DNA of 32,000 bases from Microcystis aeruginosa NIES-843 (GTDB lineage Bacteria; Cyanobacteriota; Cyanobacteriia; Cyanobacteriales; Microcystaceae). The stretch covers positions 4,500,001 through 4,532,000 of the forward strand of contig NC_010296.1 of NCBI RefSeq assembly GCF_000010625.1. The letters run 5' to 3'. Below the pieces are notes generated by a model, which saw nothing but the letters and a program-made list of their open reading frames with translations, had not been told where the DNA came from and did no database searches. The translations under genes were made by a program, and so were the position numbers. This document shows positions 7,901 to 16,838 of the stretch, piece by piece (position 1 is the stretch's first letter; each line of letters begins with the position of its first letter).

Positions 7901-8896
7901 ATGAATTTTCCCTCGATTTCTGTGATCATACCCACCTATCGACGCGAAGAGCCTCTTAAAGATACCCTCGATGACCTACTCAAACAAGATTATCCCGATT
8001 TTGAGGTATTAGTTATCGACCAGACCGCTACCCACAGCCCCGCCATACAATCCTATCTGGAAAATCTGGCTAATCAGCACAAAATTAGCTGGTATCGGCT
8101 GGATTGGGCGAGTTTACCCGGTGCGAGAAATTATGGAGTCCGTCGCACCCAAGGCGATATCGTTCTTTTTATCGATGATGATGTGCGGCTACCGGATAAT
8201 TATCTCAAAGCACATAGTGAGAATTTTGTCAAGAACCCTGAGATAGGTGTAGTGGCAGGTCGGGTATTCGATCGCATGAAATTGGGTGACTCCCAAAAAA
8301 TGGTGACAGATACCGGCAAACCCTACGAAATCGACTTTTTACCCCCCCAAGCCATGGATCCAGGCATTGCTTGGTATTACATCGATCTTGTCCACACCAC
8401 TAAACCCCAGCAGGTAATCTCGGCCCGGGGCTGTAATATGTCTTTCCGGAAGGATATATTTACGAAATACGGCATTTGGTTCGATGAACGCTTTCGTGGC
8501 AGTGCCGTGCGCGAGGAATCGGATTTTTGCTTAAGGTTACGCCAGACTCCCTATCATGTCTGGTACGATCCCACCGCTTATCTGGTTCATTTAGGGGAAG
8601 AAACCGGCGGCTGTCATGATATTAGCACTCGTTCTTTGAGTTATCAGACGACTTTTTATCATAATCACTTTCTGATGGCCCTGAAAAATCTCACTCCCGC
8701 TCAACAATTGCGACTCTACGCTAAATTATTTGATTGTCACGTTCTTGGCAATCCTCCCTGTAATAAAGGTGGTTCCCCGATTAAAATACTCTCTAGGGGA
8801 ATTTTTTATAGTTTAGGTTTTCTTGATGCTCTGAAAACTCAAGTAAAGTCCCTCTGGAATGATGGCCAAATTTATACAAAACTAGATCATCTATGA
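7901..8896 (+). CDS. Family 2 glycosyltransferase
   Basis: MNFPSISVIIPTYRREEPL...VLVIDQ...LFIDDDV is a GT2 signature. I moved the start to ATG 7901 because residues 1-40 of the track ORF are repeat translation. Confidence 0.85.
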   Translation: MNFPSISVIIPTYRREEPLKDTLDDLLKQDYPDFEVLVIDQTATHSPAIQSYLENLANQHKISWYRLDWASLPGARNYGVRRTQGDIVLFIDDDVRLPDNYLKAHSENFVKNPEIGVVAGRVFDRMKLGDSQKMVTDTGKPYEIDFLPPQAMDPGIAWYYIDLVHTTKPQQVISARGCNMSFRKDIFTKYGIWFDERFRGSAVREESDFCLRLRQTPYHVWYDPTAYLVHLGEETGGCHDISTRSLSYQTTFYHNHFLMALKNLTPAQQLRLYAKLFDCHVLGNPPCNKGGSPIKILSRGIFYSLGFLDALKTQVKSLWNDGQIYTKLDHL

Positions 8897-10062
8897 AAAT
8901 TTTAGTCGCTAGTCATACATATATAGTTGATCTCAACTGTGAGAAACTGCGCGCCCTGACAAGATTAAATCCCAATATTGAAGTTACTATTGTTGTTCCC
9001 CAACGTTGGCAACCGGGAGGAGTCCAAAATAAAATCATTGAAAGTCAACCGAAAATAGCCGACAATTTCTGCGTCATTCCTATCTCTAATTTTAGCCAAA
9101 ATAATCAATCTTTATTAACTTTTGGCACTGATATAATTCCTTTATTGCAAAAATTTAGACCTGATATTATTCAAGTGGAACAGGGTTCTAAATCTCTCGC
9201 TTATGCTCAATTTATTACTCTGAATCGTCTCTTAAATCTACAGGCTAAAAATGTATTTTTTACCTGGTGGAATCTTCCCTATACTCCTAAATTTCCCATC
9301 TCTTGGTTAGAAGCTTATAACCTGAAAAATACCGATGGTTTAATCGCCGGTAATCAGGACGGGGTAGATGTTTTAAAAGAACGGGGTTACAGGGGTAAAT
9401 ACACCGTTTTACCGCAATTAGGAGTGGATGAAGTCCTTTTTTCCCCTGGCAAGCAACCCGATTTAGCCCGATCTTTAGGCATTGAAAACGATGAATTCGT
9501 GATTGGTTTTATCGGTCGTTTTGTGGAAGAAAAAGGCATTCTAACGCTGATTAAAGCTGCATCTAAATTAACAGGTAAGTGGAAATTATTACTGTTAGGT
9601 CGGGGCATCCTGAAAGATAAAATAGTCAGCGAAGCTAGAGCCGTAGGAATAAGCGATCGCTTGATGATAGTGGAAAGTGTTCCCCACGATCAAGTAGTTA
9701 ATTATCTTAACCTGATGAACACTTTAGTTTTGCCTTCAGAAATCACCTATCAGGTCAAAACCTTAACTGCCGTCGGTTGGAAAGAACAATTCGGTCATGT
9801 CTTAATTGAAGCTATGGCCTGTCAGGTTCCTGTTATTGGTTCTGATTCGGGAGAAATCCCCTTTGTTATTGCTGATACGGGTTTAATTTTTCCCGAAAAA
9901 GATGGGGAGGCACTGGCTAAATCTATACAAACTCTCTTAGATAATCCCAGCTTCGCTCAAGAATTAGGCCAGAGGGGTTATCAGAGAGTAATGACCAATT
10001 ATACTAATAAAGCCCTCGCTCAAAAACAATTGGATTTCTATCAACAATTACTCCCTCGGTGA
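8893..10062 (+). CDS. Family 4 (GT-B) glycosyltransferase
   Basis: 389-aa ORF. The C-terminal EQFGHVLIEAMACQVPVIGSDSGEIP matches the E-x7-E motif region of GT4/GT1 enzymes. The ATGA overlap with the upstream GT2 suggests translational coupling. Confidence 0.85.
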   Translation: MKILVASHTYIVDLNCEKLRALTRLNPNIEVTIVVPQRWQPGGVQNKIIESQPKIADNFCVIPISNFSQNNQSLLTFGTDIIPLLQKFRPDIIQVEQGSKSLAYAQFITLNRLLNLQAKNVFFTWWNLPYTPKFPISWLEAYNLKNTDGLIAGNQDGVDVLKERGYRGKYTVLPQLGVDEVLFSPGKQPDLARSLGIENDEFVIGFIGRFVEEKGILTLIKAASKLTGKWKLLLLGRGILKDKIVSEARAVGISDRLMIVESVPHDQVVNYLNLMNTLVLPSEITYQVKTLTAVGWKEQFGHVLIEAMACQVPVIGSDSGEIPFVIADTGLIFPEKDGEALAKSIQTLLDNPSFAQELGQRGYQRVMTNYTNKALAQKQLDFYQQLLPR

Positions 10063-10063
10063 T

Positions 10064-10172
10064 GGGAAGTGGGGTGTGGGGTGTGGGGTGTGGGGTGTGG
10101 GGTGTGGGGAGAAAAAAGCTGATAACTGATAACTGACAACTGATCACTGATAACTGATCACTGATCACTGGT
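10064..10172. repeat. Composite intergenic module: (GGGGTGT)n at 10064-10110, then a (CTGATAA/CTGATCA)n heptad array at 10119-10172
   Basis: Direct reading. Confidence 0.9.
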
Positions 10173-10230
10173 TATGAACCATTCTTGGCACCCCCTAGTC
10201 TAAAGGGACAAGTAGCTAGGGGTGAGGGGA

Positions 10231-10815
10231 ATGATCGAGGTGATAACCGAGAAGCAAACAAGTGTGAGCGATCGAGAGTTAATCTTAAAATGTCAAAGGG
10301 GTGATCGGGGCGCTTTTCGTCACCTTTACCGTCTTTATCAACCAAAAATCCGCTCTACTCTCTATCAACTCTGTGGAAGGGAATTCCTAGAGGATTTTGT
10401 CCAAGAGGTATTTTTAAGACTGTGGCGCGGGTTGCCGAAATTGCGTTCACCTGAATACTTTTCCACTTGGGTTTATCGGATCACTTGGAATGTGGCGATC
10501 GATGGTCGGCGACAATTAGCCAAAAGACAAATGAGGATGGCCAAAAGCACTGATGAGGAAAACTCCCTTGATAGCGAATCCCGTCCCCAAGATAGTCCCG
10601 ATTTGATGCAATTGCATTATGAGGATGTGGTCCGACAAGGGTTAGAAATTCTCAGTTTAGAACATCGCGCTGTCCTTGTCCTTCACGATCTAGAGGACTT
10701 ACCCCAAAAGGAAATCGCCCAAATCTTAGAAATTCCCCTCGGTACGGTGAAATCACGTCTTCATTATGCGCGTAAAACCATGGGTCAATTTTTGCAAAAA
10801 CAAGGAGTTCTCTAA
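10231..10815 (+). CDS. ECF (group 4) sigma-70 family RNA polymerase sigma factor
   Basis: Region 2-like FRHLYRLYQPKIRSTLYQL...DFVQEVFLRLWRGL and region 4 HTH LPQKEIAQILEIPLGTVKSRLHYARK. ATG 10231 is preferred; the track uses GTG 10222. Confidence 0.88.
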   Translation: MIEVITEKQTSVSDRELILKCQRGDRGAFRHLYRLYQPKIRSTLYQLCGREFLEDFVQEVFLRLWRGLPKLRSPEYFSTWVYRITWNVAIDGRRQLAKRQMRMAKSTDEENSLDSESRPQDSPDLMQLHYEDVVRQGLEILSLEHRAVLVLHDLEDLPQKEIAQILEIPLGTVKSRLHYARKTMGQFLQKQGVL

Positions 10816-11189
10816 TGTCCCCAGAAGATGACAAAGTGGTTAATTTTCTGCGTCGATATCGTCCATCGCTGCCACCTCGACCGATAGATGAAGAAGAACA
10901 GTTAATGCAAATGATTAGGGGAGAAAGGCCGGTAACTCGCCCAAAATCCCTGCCTTTATTGGGGTGGATAACTGGTATTACTGCCTTATCGGTGCTGATT
11001 GTTGGTTCCTATCGTTGGTTTCATCCTTATCCACAACTGGGCCAAATTTCCGACGAGCAGTTAGAAGCTTTTTTAGTGGAGAGTTGGAACCATAGCATCG
11101 CTCCACCGATTGCTGCTCCTAGCGTTTATAGTTCGCCTTGGATGAGCTTAAACGAGCCTCAACTCACCTATTCTACCTATAATCCTTAA
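10815..11189 (+). CDS. Putative single-pass anti-sigma factor
   Basis: TAATG overlap with the sigma gene. 124 aa with one TM segment (LLGWITGITALSVLIVGSY). The call rests on position and architecture only. Confidence 0.6.
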   Translation: MSPEDDKVVNFLRRYRPSLPPRPIDEEEQLMQMIRGERPVTRPKSLPLLGWITGITALSVLIVGSYRWFHPYPQLGQISDEQLEAFLVESWNHSIAPPIAAPSVYSSPWMSLNEPQLTYSTYNP

Positions 11190-11209
11190 TTTCTTTGTGG
11201 AGGTCAATT

Positions 11210-11704
11210 ATGTCCCTTTCTACTCTCTCGATTCTCGGCACAACCATGGCTTTAACTCTGGCGGCTAACCTAGTCCCAACTGCCACTGTGCTATCCTATC
11301 CCCAAGATCGTCTATTTATCGCTCAAACTAGCTCTCCCCAGCGTCCTGAGAGTCGTCGAGTGAATAATTCTCGAGAAAGACTAATCGAACAATTAAACCT
11401 TACCGATGACCAAAAGTCGAAAATTGCCGCTATTCGTCAGAAATACCGGGGACAAATGCAAAAATTGCGAGAAACCATGAGAAGCAACCAACAAGAATTA
11501 AATAGTTTATTATCGAATAATGCCTCCGATCGAGATATCCGTTCTAAACATCAGCAAATCTCTCGGAATCGCCAAGAAATCAGTAACCTGCAATTTGAGA
11601 GTTTTTTGGAAATTCGCCAAGTGTTAACTCCCGCTCAAAGAACGGAATTTTCCCAATTAATGCAGGAACGTTGCCCTAATTCCCGCAATTGTGGGCGACA
11701 ATAA
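11210..11704 (+). CDS. Periplasmic LTXXQ-motif (Spy/CpxP/ZraP-like) protein
   Basis: Signal-peptide-like N-terminus (MSLSTLSILGTTMALTLAANL). Motifs LTDDQKSKIAAIRQKY and LTPAQRTEFSQLMQER. ATG 11210 has a GGAGG SD; the track uses TTG 11195. Confidence 0.7.
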   Translation: MSLSTLSILGTTMALTLAANLVPTATVLSYPQDRLFIAQTSSPQRPESRRVNNSRERLIEQLNLTDDQKSKIAAIRQKYRGQMQKLRETMRSNQQELNSLLSNNASDRDIRSKHQQISRNRQEISNLQFESFLEIRQVLTPAQRTEFSQLMQERCPNSRNCGRQ

Positions 11705-11747
11705 TTCCCATCAGTTCGGATTAAGATCGAGTTTGATTCCGATACAT

Positions 11748-11782
11748 TAGAAAAACGCCAAGGATGGGTTACTACCCCATCC
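11748..11782 (-). terminator. Probable intrinsic terminator of sqdB
   Basis: GGATGGG (11762-11768) pairs with CCCATCC (11776-11782), 24 nt after the sqdB stop. On the minus strand it is followed by TTGGCGTTTTTCT. Confidence 0.5.
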
Positions 11783-11805
11783 TCAACTTATCATTTACTG
11801 ATAAA

Positions 11806-12996
<1,191 letters not shown>

Positions 12997-13046
12997 CTAG
13001 CAGTTTTGTGTCACGCTTTACCAACTTAGTCTGCGTGAACATAGCG

Positions 13047-13222
13047 GGGTGTGGGGTGTAGGGTGTAGGGTGTAGGGTGTGGGGTGTGGGGTGTAGGGTG
13101 ATGGGGAAATGGGGGTGTGGGGAGAATCAATAAAGGCAGTCTATTGACAACTGCTCACTGATTACCACTGTCCACTGAAAACTCAAATCTGATCACTGAT
13201 CACTGATAACTGATAACTGATG
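13047..13222. repeat. Composite intergenic module: (GGGGTGT/GGGTGTA)n at 13047-13123, then degenerate-to-perfect (CTGATCA/CTGATAA)n heptads at 13149-13222
   Basis: Direct reading. The order and orientation match the module at 10064-10172. Confidence 0.9.
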
Positions 13223-13359
13223 AGGGTGTTCTAGAAAACTTGACAAGGGAACGGATTATGGAGAAACTCAGCTTGTAATCAGTGGGCTTTGCTGACGAGA
13301 AAACAAAAGCCAAAAATCTAGATAAAAGGCAGTTTTTTCGGTAACTCAGGGACTATCTG

Positions 13360-13398
13360 CTTTTTACTTTTTACTTTTTACTTTTTACTTTATTACTT
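13360..13398. repeat. (CTTTTTA)x4 plus a degenerate unit, ending 6 nt before the start codon at 13405
   Basis: Direct reading: ctttttactttttactttttactttttactttattacttg. Confidence 0.9.
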
Positions 13399-13404
13399 GA
13401 TCTT

Positions 13405-15255
13405 ATGCGTTGGCAAGCTCGGCAAAAATCTTCGTTTTCTTTGTTTCCCCTATACGGATTTTTGGCATTTATCGTCACTTGTCTGATTATTTGGGCAATT
13501 TCTTTCTATCCTCGTTCTAATGCTCTGGTGGGGGGTGATTCTCTCCCCGCACCTTTTAGGGAGTTTCAACCGGAATGCGCAAATTATGTCCGAGAAAATA
13601 GTTCTTTTAAGGATATATCAAGAGTTTTTGACTGTAAAACCTATAAAAACCTCTCCGATCGAGTGATTCTTTCCCTATCTCTCCAAAAAAACGATATTAG
13701 TCTCGATAATTGGCAAAATAACTCGACAACAGCGATCGAATTAGCCCCCTGGCCGGAAATTCATCCCCGCGCTCAAGAGACAAAAGTACCGATTTTAATG
13801 TATCACGACATTTTACCGGAAAAAGAGGTATTCTTTGACGTTACTCCAGGCGAATTAGAGGCACATTTTCAATTTTTGCAGGAAATCGGGGCAACTCCTA
13901 TCAGTATCGATTGGTTAATTTCCCATCTGCGGACAGGTATCCCCCTTCCCGCTAAACCGGTTTTATTGACTTTTGATGATGGTTATGGGGGACATTACCA
14001 GTATGTCTATCCTTTATTGAGAAAATATAACTATCCCGCCGTTTTCTCGATTTATATCCATAAAATGACTCAAAAAACCGGCAGAACCAGTGTCACTTGG
14101 CAACAACTCCAGGAAATGGCCGCCGATCCTCTAGTACAAATTGTCTCCCATAGTGTTAGTCATCCCCGGGATTTAAGGTTATTATCCGATGCAGATTTGG
14201 AGCAAGAAGTCAAGCAATCGAAACAAATCTTAGAAAAAGAATTGGGTATTCCGATTAATTATTTCACCTATCCGGAAGGGAAGGCGGACGATCGAGTGAA
14301 GGAATTCGTCAAAAAAGCGGGTTATCGGGCGGCTTTATCGATGAATGACCTCGATGAACATTTTGCCGGACAATCCCCCGATTTACTCACTATTGGACGC
14401 TTTGGGCAATCGCGCACGCGAGAAATTGTCCCGCAAGCTTGGGGAGGTGATCCCTTACCCCGTAGGGATGGCGGTTTTAACTTTGCCACCACCATCCAAA
14501 AACGGGAAGTGGAGTTCTCAAGTAATACACTTGTTCTGATTAGTGGCGGTATTCCCAAAACTATCCACGCTGATAGTCGTTATCAAGTGGAGGAAATTAT
14601 CGCCGGTACAGAAGCGATCGCGGCTGTAGATGGCGGTTTTTTCTCTCTCAAGGAATTGGACTCAAATCAGATGATCGGGCCGGTTTTAAGCGAAAATGGC
14701 GGCTTTATTCCGGGATATGAGGGAGAAATTGACAAGTTAGAGGGTCGTCCTTTAGTAATCATTACCGATCGATGGGTGCGTTATCTTCCTTTTGATCCTG
14801 CCCGTCATAATACCCTAGAAGGAATTGCAGCGGAGGCCGGAGATGATCTCAAGGTGACGGATGCTTTTGTCGCGGCCGCTTGGTTAGTCAAAGATGGACA
14901 ACCACAATCCCTGGAATCCTTTGGTACACTTTACGGTTTTGATGCCCTGCGTCACCGGGCTTTTTGGGGGATTAATCAGGCAGGACAGCCAGTAATCGGC
15001 GTTTCCAGAGACCCGATCGATTCGATGGCTTTGGGAGAATTATTAGTACAGGCAGGCTTTCGGGAAGCGGTGATGTTGGATTCAGGAGCAAGTACTTCCC
15101 TCGCTTATCAGGGCCAATCGCAAGTGCATTATACTCCCCGTCCCGTTCCCCACGTTGTCGCTTTATTTCCCCCCACAGAAACCTATATTGTTCCCATTAA
15201 TCATGTGGGGATTCCCTGCGTAATTTTCGCCGATTCCTGTGCTGCGGGGAGTTAG
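13405..15255 (+). CDS. Polysaccharide deacetylase (NodB domain) fused to a C-terminal phosphodiester-glycosidase-like domain; N-terminal membrane anchor
   Basis: N-terminal TM segment (LYGFLAFIVTCLIIWAISF). NodB motifs LLTFDDGY and VSHSVSHP. The C-terminal VMLDSGASTSL resembles the NAGPA/phosphodiester glycosidase family. Confidence 0.75.
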   Translation: MRWQARQKSSFSLFPLYGFLAFIVTCLIIWAISFYPRSNALVGGDSLPAPFREFQPECANYVRENSSFKDISRVFDCKTYKNLSDRVILSLSLQKNDISLDNWQNNSTTAIELAPWPEIHPRAQETKVPILMYHDILPEKEVFFDVTPGELEAHFQFLQEIGATPISIDWLISHLRTGIPLPAKPVLLTFDDGYGGHYQYVYPLLRKYNYPAVFSIYIHKMTQKTGRTSVTWQQLQEMAADPLVQIVSHSVSHPRDLRLLSDADLEQEVKQSKQILEKELGIPINYFTYPEGKADDRVKEFVKKAGYRAALSMNDLDEHFAGQSPDLLTIGRFGQSRTREIVPQAWGGDPLPRRDGGFNFATTIQKREVEFSSNTLVLISGGIPKTIHADSRYQVEEIIAGTEAIAAVDGGFFSLKELDSNQMIGPVLSENGGFIPGYEGEIDKLEGRPLVIITDRWVRYLPFDPARHNTLEGIAAEAGDDLKVTDAFVAAAWLVKDGQPQSLESFGTLYGFDALRHRAFWGINQAGQPVIGVSRDPIDSMALGELLVQAGFREAVMLDSGASTSLAYQGQSQVHYTPRPVPHVVALFPPTETYIVPINHVGIPCVIFADSCAAGS

Positions 15256-15370
15256 GGGACAAAAAGTTGCTAACCAGAAAACGGCTGAAGCGGCGGTTTG
15301 GGTGATTCTAATCATACCCATCTCCTTTTTGATTACTTAAAATTACCCATAAGGAAATTTTGGAAACCTC

Positions 15371-15514
15371 ATGACAGCATTAGATAAATACACAAAAGGC
15401 TTGCTTGCGATCGTTCTGACAGTGATTGTCGGAAATGCTATCTACAAATTTATTATCGATGAAATTGTTTGTGCCGGTAGTCGAGAGCTTCAGGAAGGTC
15501 ACTGTGAATTATAG
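15371..15514 (+). CDS. Small predicted membrane protein (47 aa); its stop codon is supplied by a MITE
   Basis: My translation is MTALDKYTKGLLAIVLTVIVGNAIYKFIIDEIVCAGSRELQEGHCEL*. The TAG at 15512-15514 is the first 3 nt of the MITE. There is no homology evidence. Confidence 0.3.
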   Translation: MTALDKYTKGLLAIVLTVIVGNAIYKFIIDEIVCAGSRELQEGHCEL

Positions 15515-15602
15515 TCATTTCAGATAAGTCTGATACACTCTAGACCAGTTAAACCCTTATGAACTCTGGCATTGATATTCTCAATCTTAATTGAAATGAC
15601 TA
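15512..15602. mobile_element. MITE-A copy 1 (91 bp, TA target-site duplication)
   Basis: I read its 91 bp as identical to 16555-16645. Terminal inverted repeats are TAGTCATTTCA / TGAAATGACTA. It is flanked by TA (15510-15511 and 15603-15604). Confidence 0.85.
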
Positions 15603-15661
15603 TATACAGGAGTTCAGTTATTTTAAACGAAATTAACGGATTGCCCCCAACAGAAAACCCA

Positions 15662-15690
15662 GAAGCGCGCCACAGTTGCTGGTGCGCTTC
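15662..15690 (-). terminator. Stem-loop downstream of the minus-strand 91-aa gene (possible terminator)
   Basis: GAAGCGCGCCA pairs with TGGTGCGCTTC (11 bp, 1 mismatch, 7-nt loop). On the minus strand it is followed by TGGGTTTTCTGTT. Confidence 0.45.
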
Positions 15691-15733
15691 CCGTACTTAA
15701 ATAAATGCCATACACTAGCAAACTCATAGATGG

Positions 15734-16009
15734 TCAAGGATTCCCAGAAAAGAAAGAGCGCCACGATGCCGTAGCGATCGCCCCTCCTAAAAGAATTATT
15801 AACGTCCAGACCTGATTTTTCTGGGTTCCCTCAACCTTTTCGAGCCTTCTATCCATCCCATCGACTTTCTCAGTCAGTTTAGCTTGTCCCACCTCTAACT
15901 TAGTTAGCCGTTCGTCAATTTTGTCGATTTTGTGGCTAACTTCCTTAATACTGTCTTTGATTTCCTTGAGAACAGCTTCTAGGGAATAGGTAACGGTTTC
16001 GTTAGACAT
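15734..16009 (-). CDS. Small coiled-coil protein with a C-terminal TM anchor (XhlA-like architecture)
   Basis: 91 aa. A heptad-rich segment (IDERLTKLEVGQAKLTEKVDGMDRRLEKVEG) is followed by WTLIILLGGAIATASW. The layout matches my memory of the haemolysin XhlA family. This is not verified. Confidence 0.6.
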   Translation of the reverse strand: MSNETVTYSLEAVLKEIKDSIKEVSHKIDKIDERLTKLEVGQAKLTEKVDGMDRRLEKVEGTQKNQVWTLIILLGGAIATASWRSFFSGNP

Positions 16010-16024
16010 TTTGGTAAAATCCTT

Positions 16025-16118
16025 TTGACACTTCCCGCTCTAAAAAGACGGGGATTCTTGGTTCACAGAGATTACTTGCTTAGACAGAATTGCTTCTGAA
16101 GTTGACAACCCATAAATT
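16025..16118 (-). other. Possible remnant of a TnpB (IS605-family) 3' end / right-end RNA scaffold
   Basis: Minus strand reads ...TCTAAGCAAGTAATCTCTGTGAACCAAGAATCCCCGTCTTTTTAGAGCGGGAAGTGTCAA. The GAATCCCC-hairpin-GGGAAGTGTCAA layout (encoding ..VNQESPSF*) resembles tnpB 3' ends as I recall them from cyanobacteria. No tnpB ORF is present. Confidence 0.3.
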
Positions 16119-16119
16119 A

Positions 16120-16155
16120 AAAGTCGCCCGACCCTACACTAAAGGGCGGGGCTTT
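16120..16155. other. Stem-loop related to the isrB-distal hairpin (6006-6040); possible terminator of the Panacea-like gene
   Basis: AAAG..CGCCC (16120-16129) pairs with GGGCG..CTTT (16144-16155). It shares CTAAAGGGCGGG with 6026-6037. On the minus strand it is followed by a T-run. Confidence 0.5.
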
Positions 16156-16812
16156 AACCCAAAATTTTCGGTAAAGCTCCATCTAAATAGGCTTCTCGCT
16201 GGGCTTCTTGGCTAATATCTTCGATTTCCTCCTCCGTTTTACCCATAGATCGCAAAACATCCTCTACTAAAATTGGAATAGCCGAACCATGGGGATCCTT
16301 CCATTCTGGTAAATCGTGAGTCCATTCGGCTACATGAAAGGGATCGAGATGGCCAAAAGTGTTGTAAACCTGTTTAAGAATCATTTCTTCTTCTTCACAG
16401 AGTTCTTCATTGCCGGATATTGCAGCAGGTCAACATAATTAGAATCCCGGAGAGAAATATATTTCGGCCACAGGGGTAAGGCAGAGTCCACGGGTTGTCC
16501 TTTAATCAAATTATAAACACCCCTGAGAACCGGTCCATAATCCATTGATACATATAGTCATTTCAGATAAGTCTGATACACTCTAGACCAGTTAAACCCT
16601 TATGAACTCTGGCATTGATATTCTCAATCTTAATTGAAATGACTATATCTATCCCCAGTAATTGGTTGATCCATGGTTTTTAAAGCAAGACGGTCAGCTA
16701 TATAGAGCATTTTCAGCAACCCTAAATACTTCATCGGTTTGCCGTGCAGCTTTAAGAGTATAGCAGCGGCTTCAACTGCTTTCTCTGGATGAAACCGAAA
16801 TTTGATCGTCAT
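16154..16812 (-). pseudogene. Panacea/DUF4065 (SocA-like antitoxin) domain gene, disrupted by a MITE insertion and a frameshift
   Basis: N-terminal piece (16630-16812) reads MTIKFRFHPEKAVEAAAILLKLHGKPMKYLGLLKMLYIADRLALKTMDQPITGD. Removing 16555-16645 plus one TA restores ...PITGDRYVSMDYGPVLRGVYNLIKG..., which fits the DUF4065 pattern as I recall it. A frame change between 16412 and 16430 is then needed to join the 76-aa C-terminal ORF (16154-16384). Confidence 0.75.
16555..16645. mobile_element. MITE-A copy 2 (91 bp, TA target-site duplication) inside the Panacea-like gene
   Basis: Same sequence and orientation as 15512-15602. Flanking TA at 16553-16554 and 16646-16647. Precise excision restores the host reading frame. 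Confidence 0.88.
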
Positions 16813-16838
16813 AACTACTATAAATTCACTGCTTTTTT

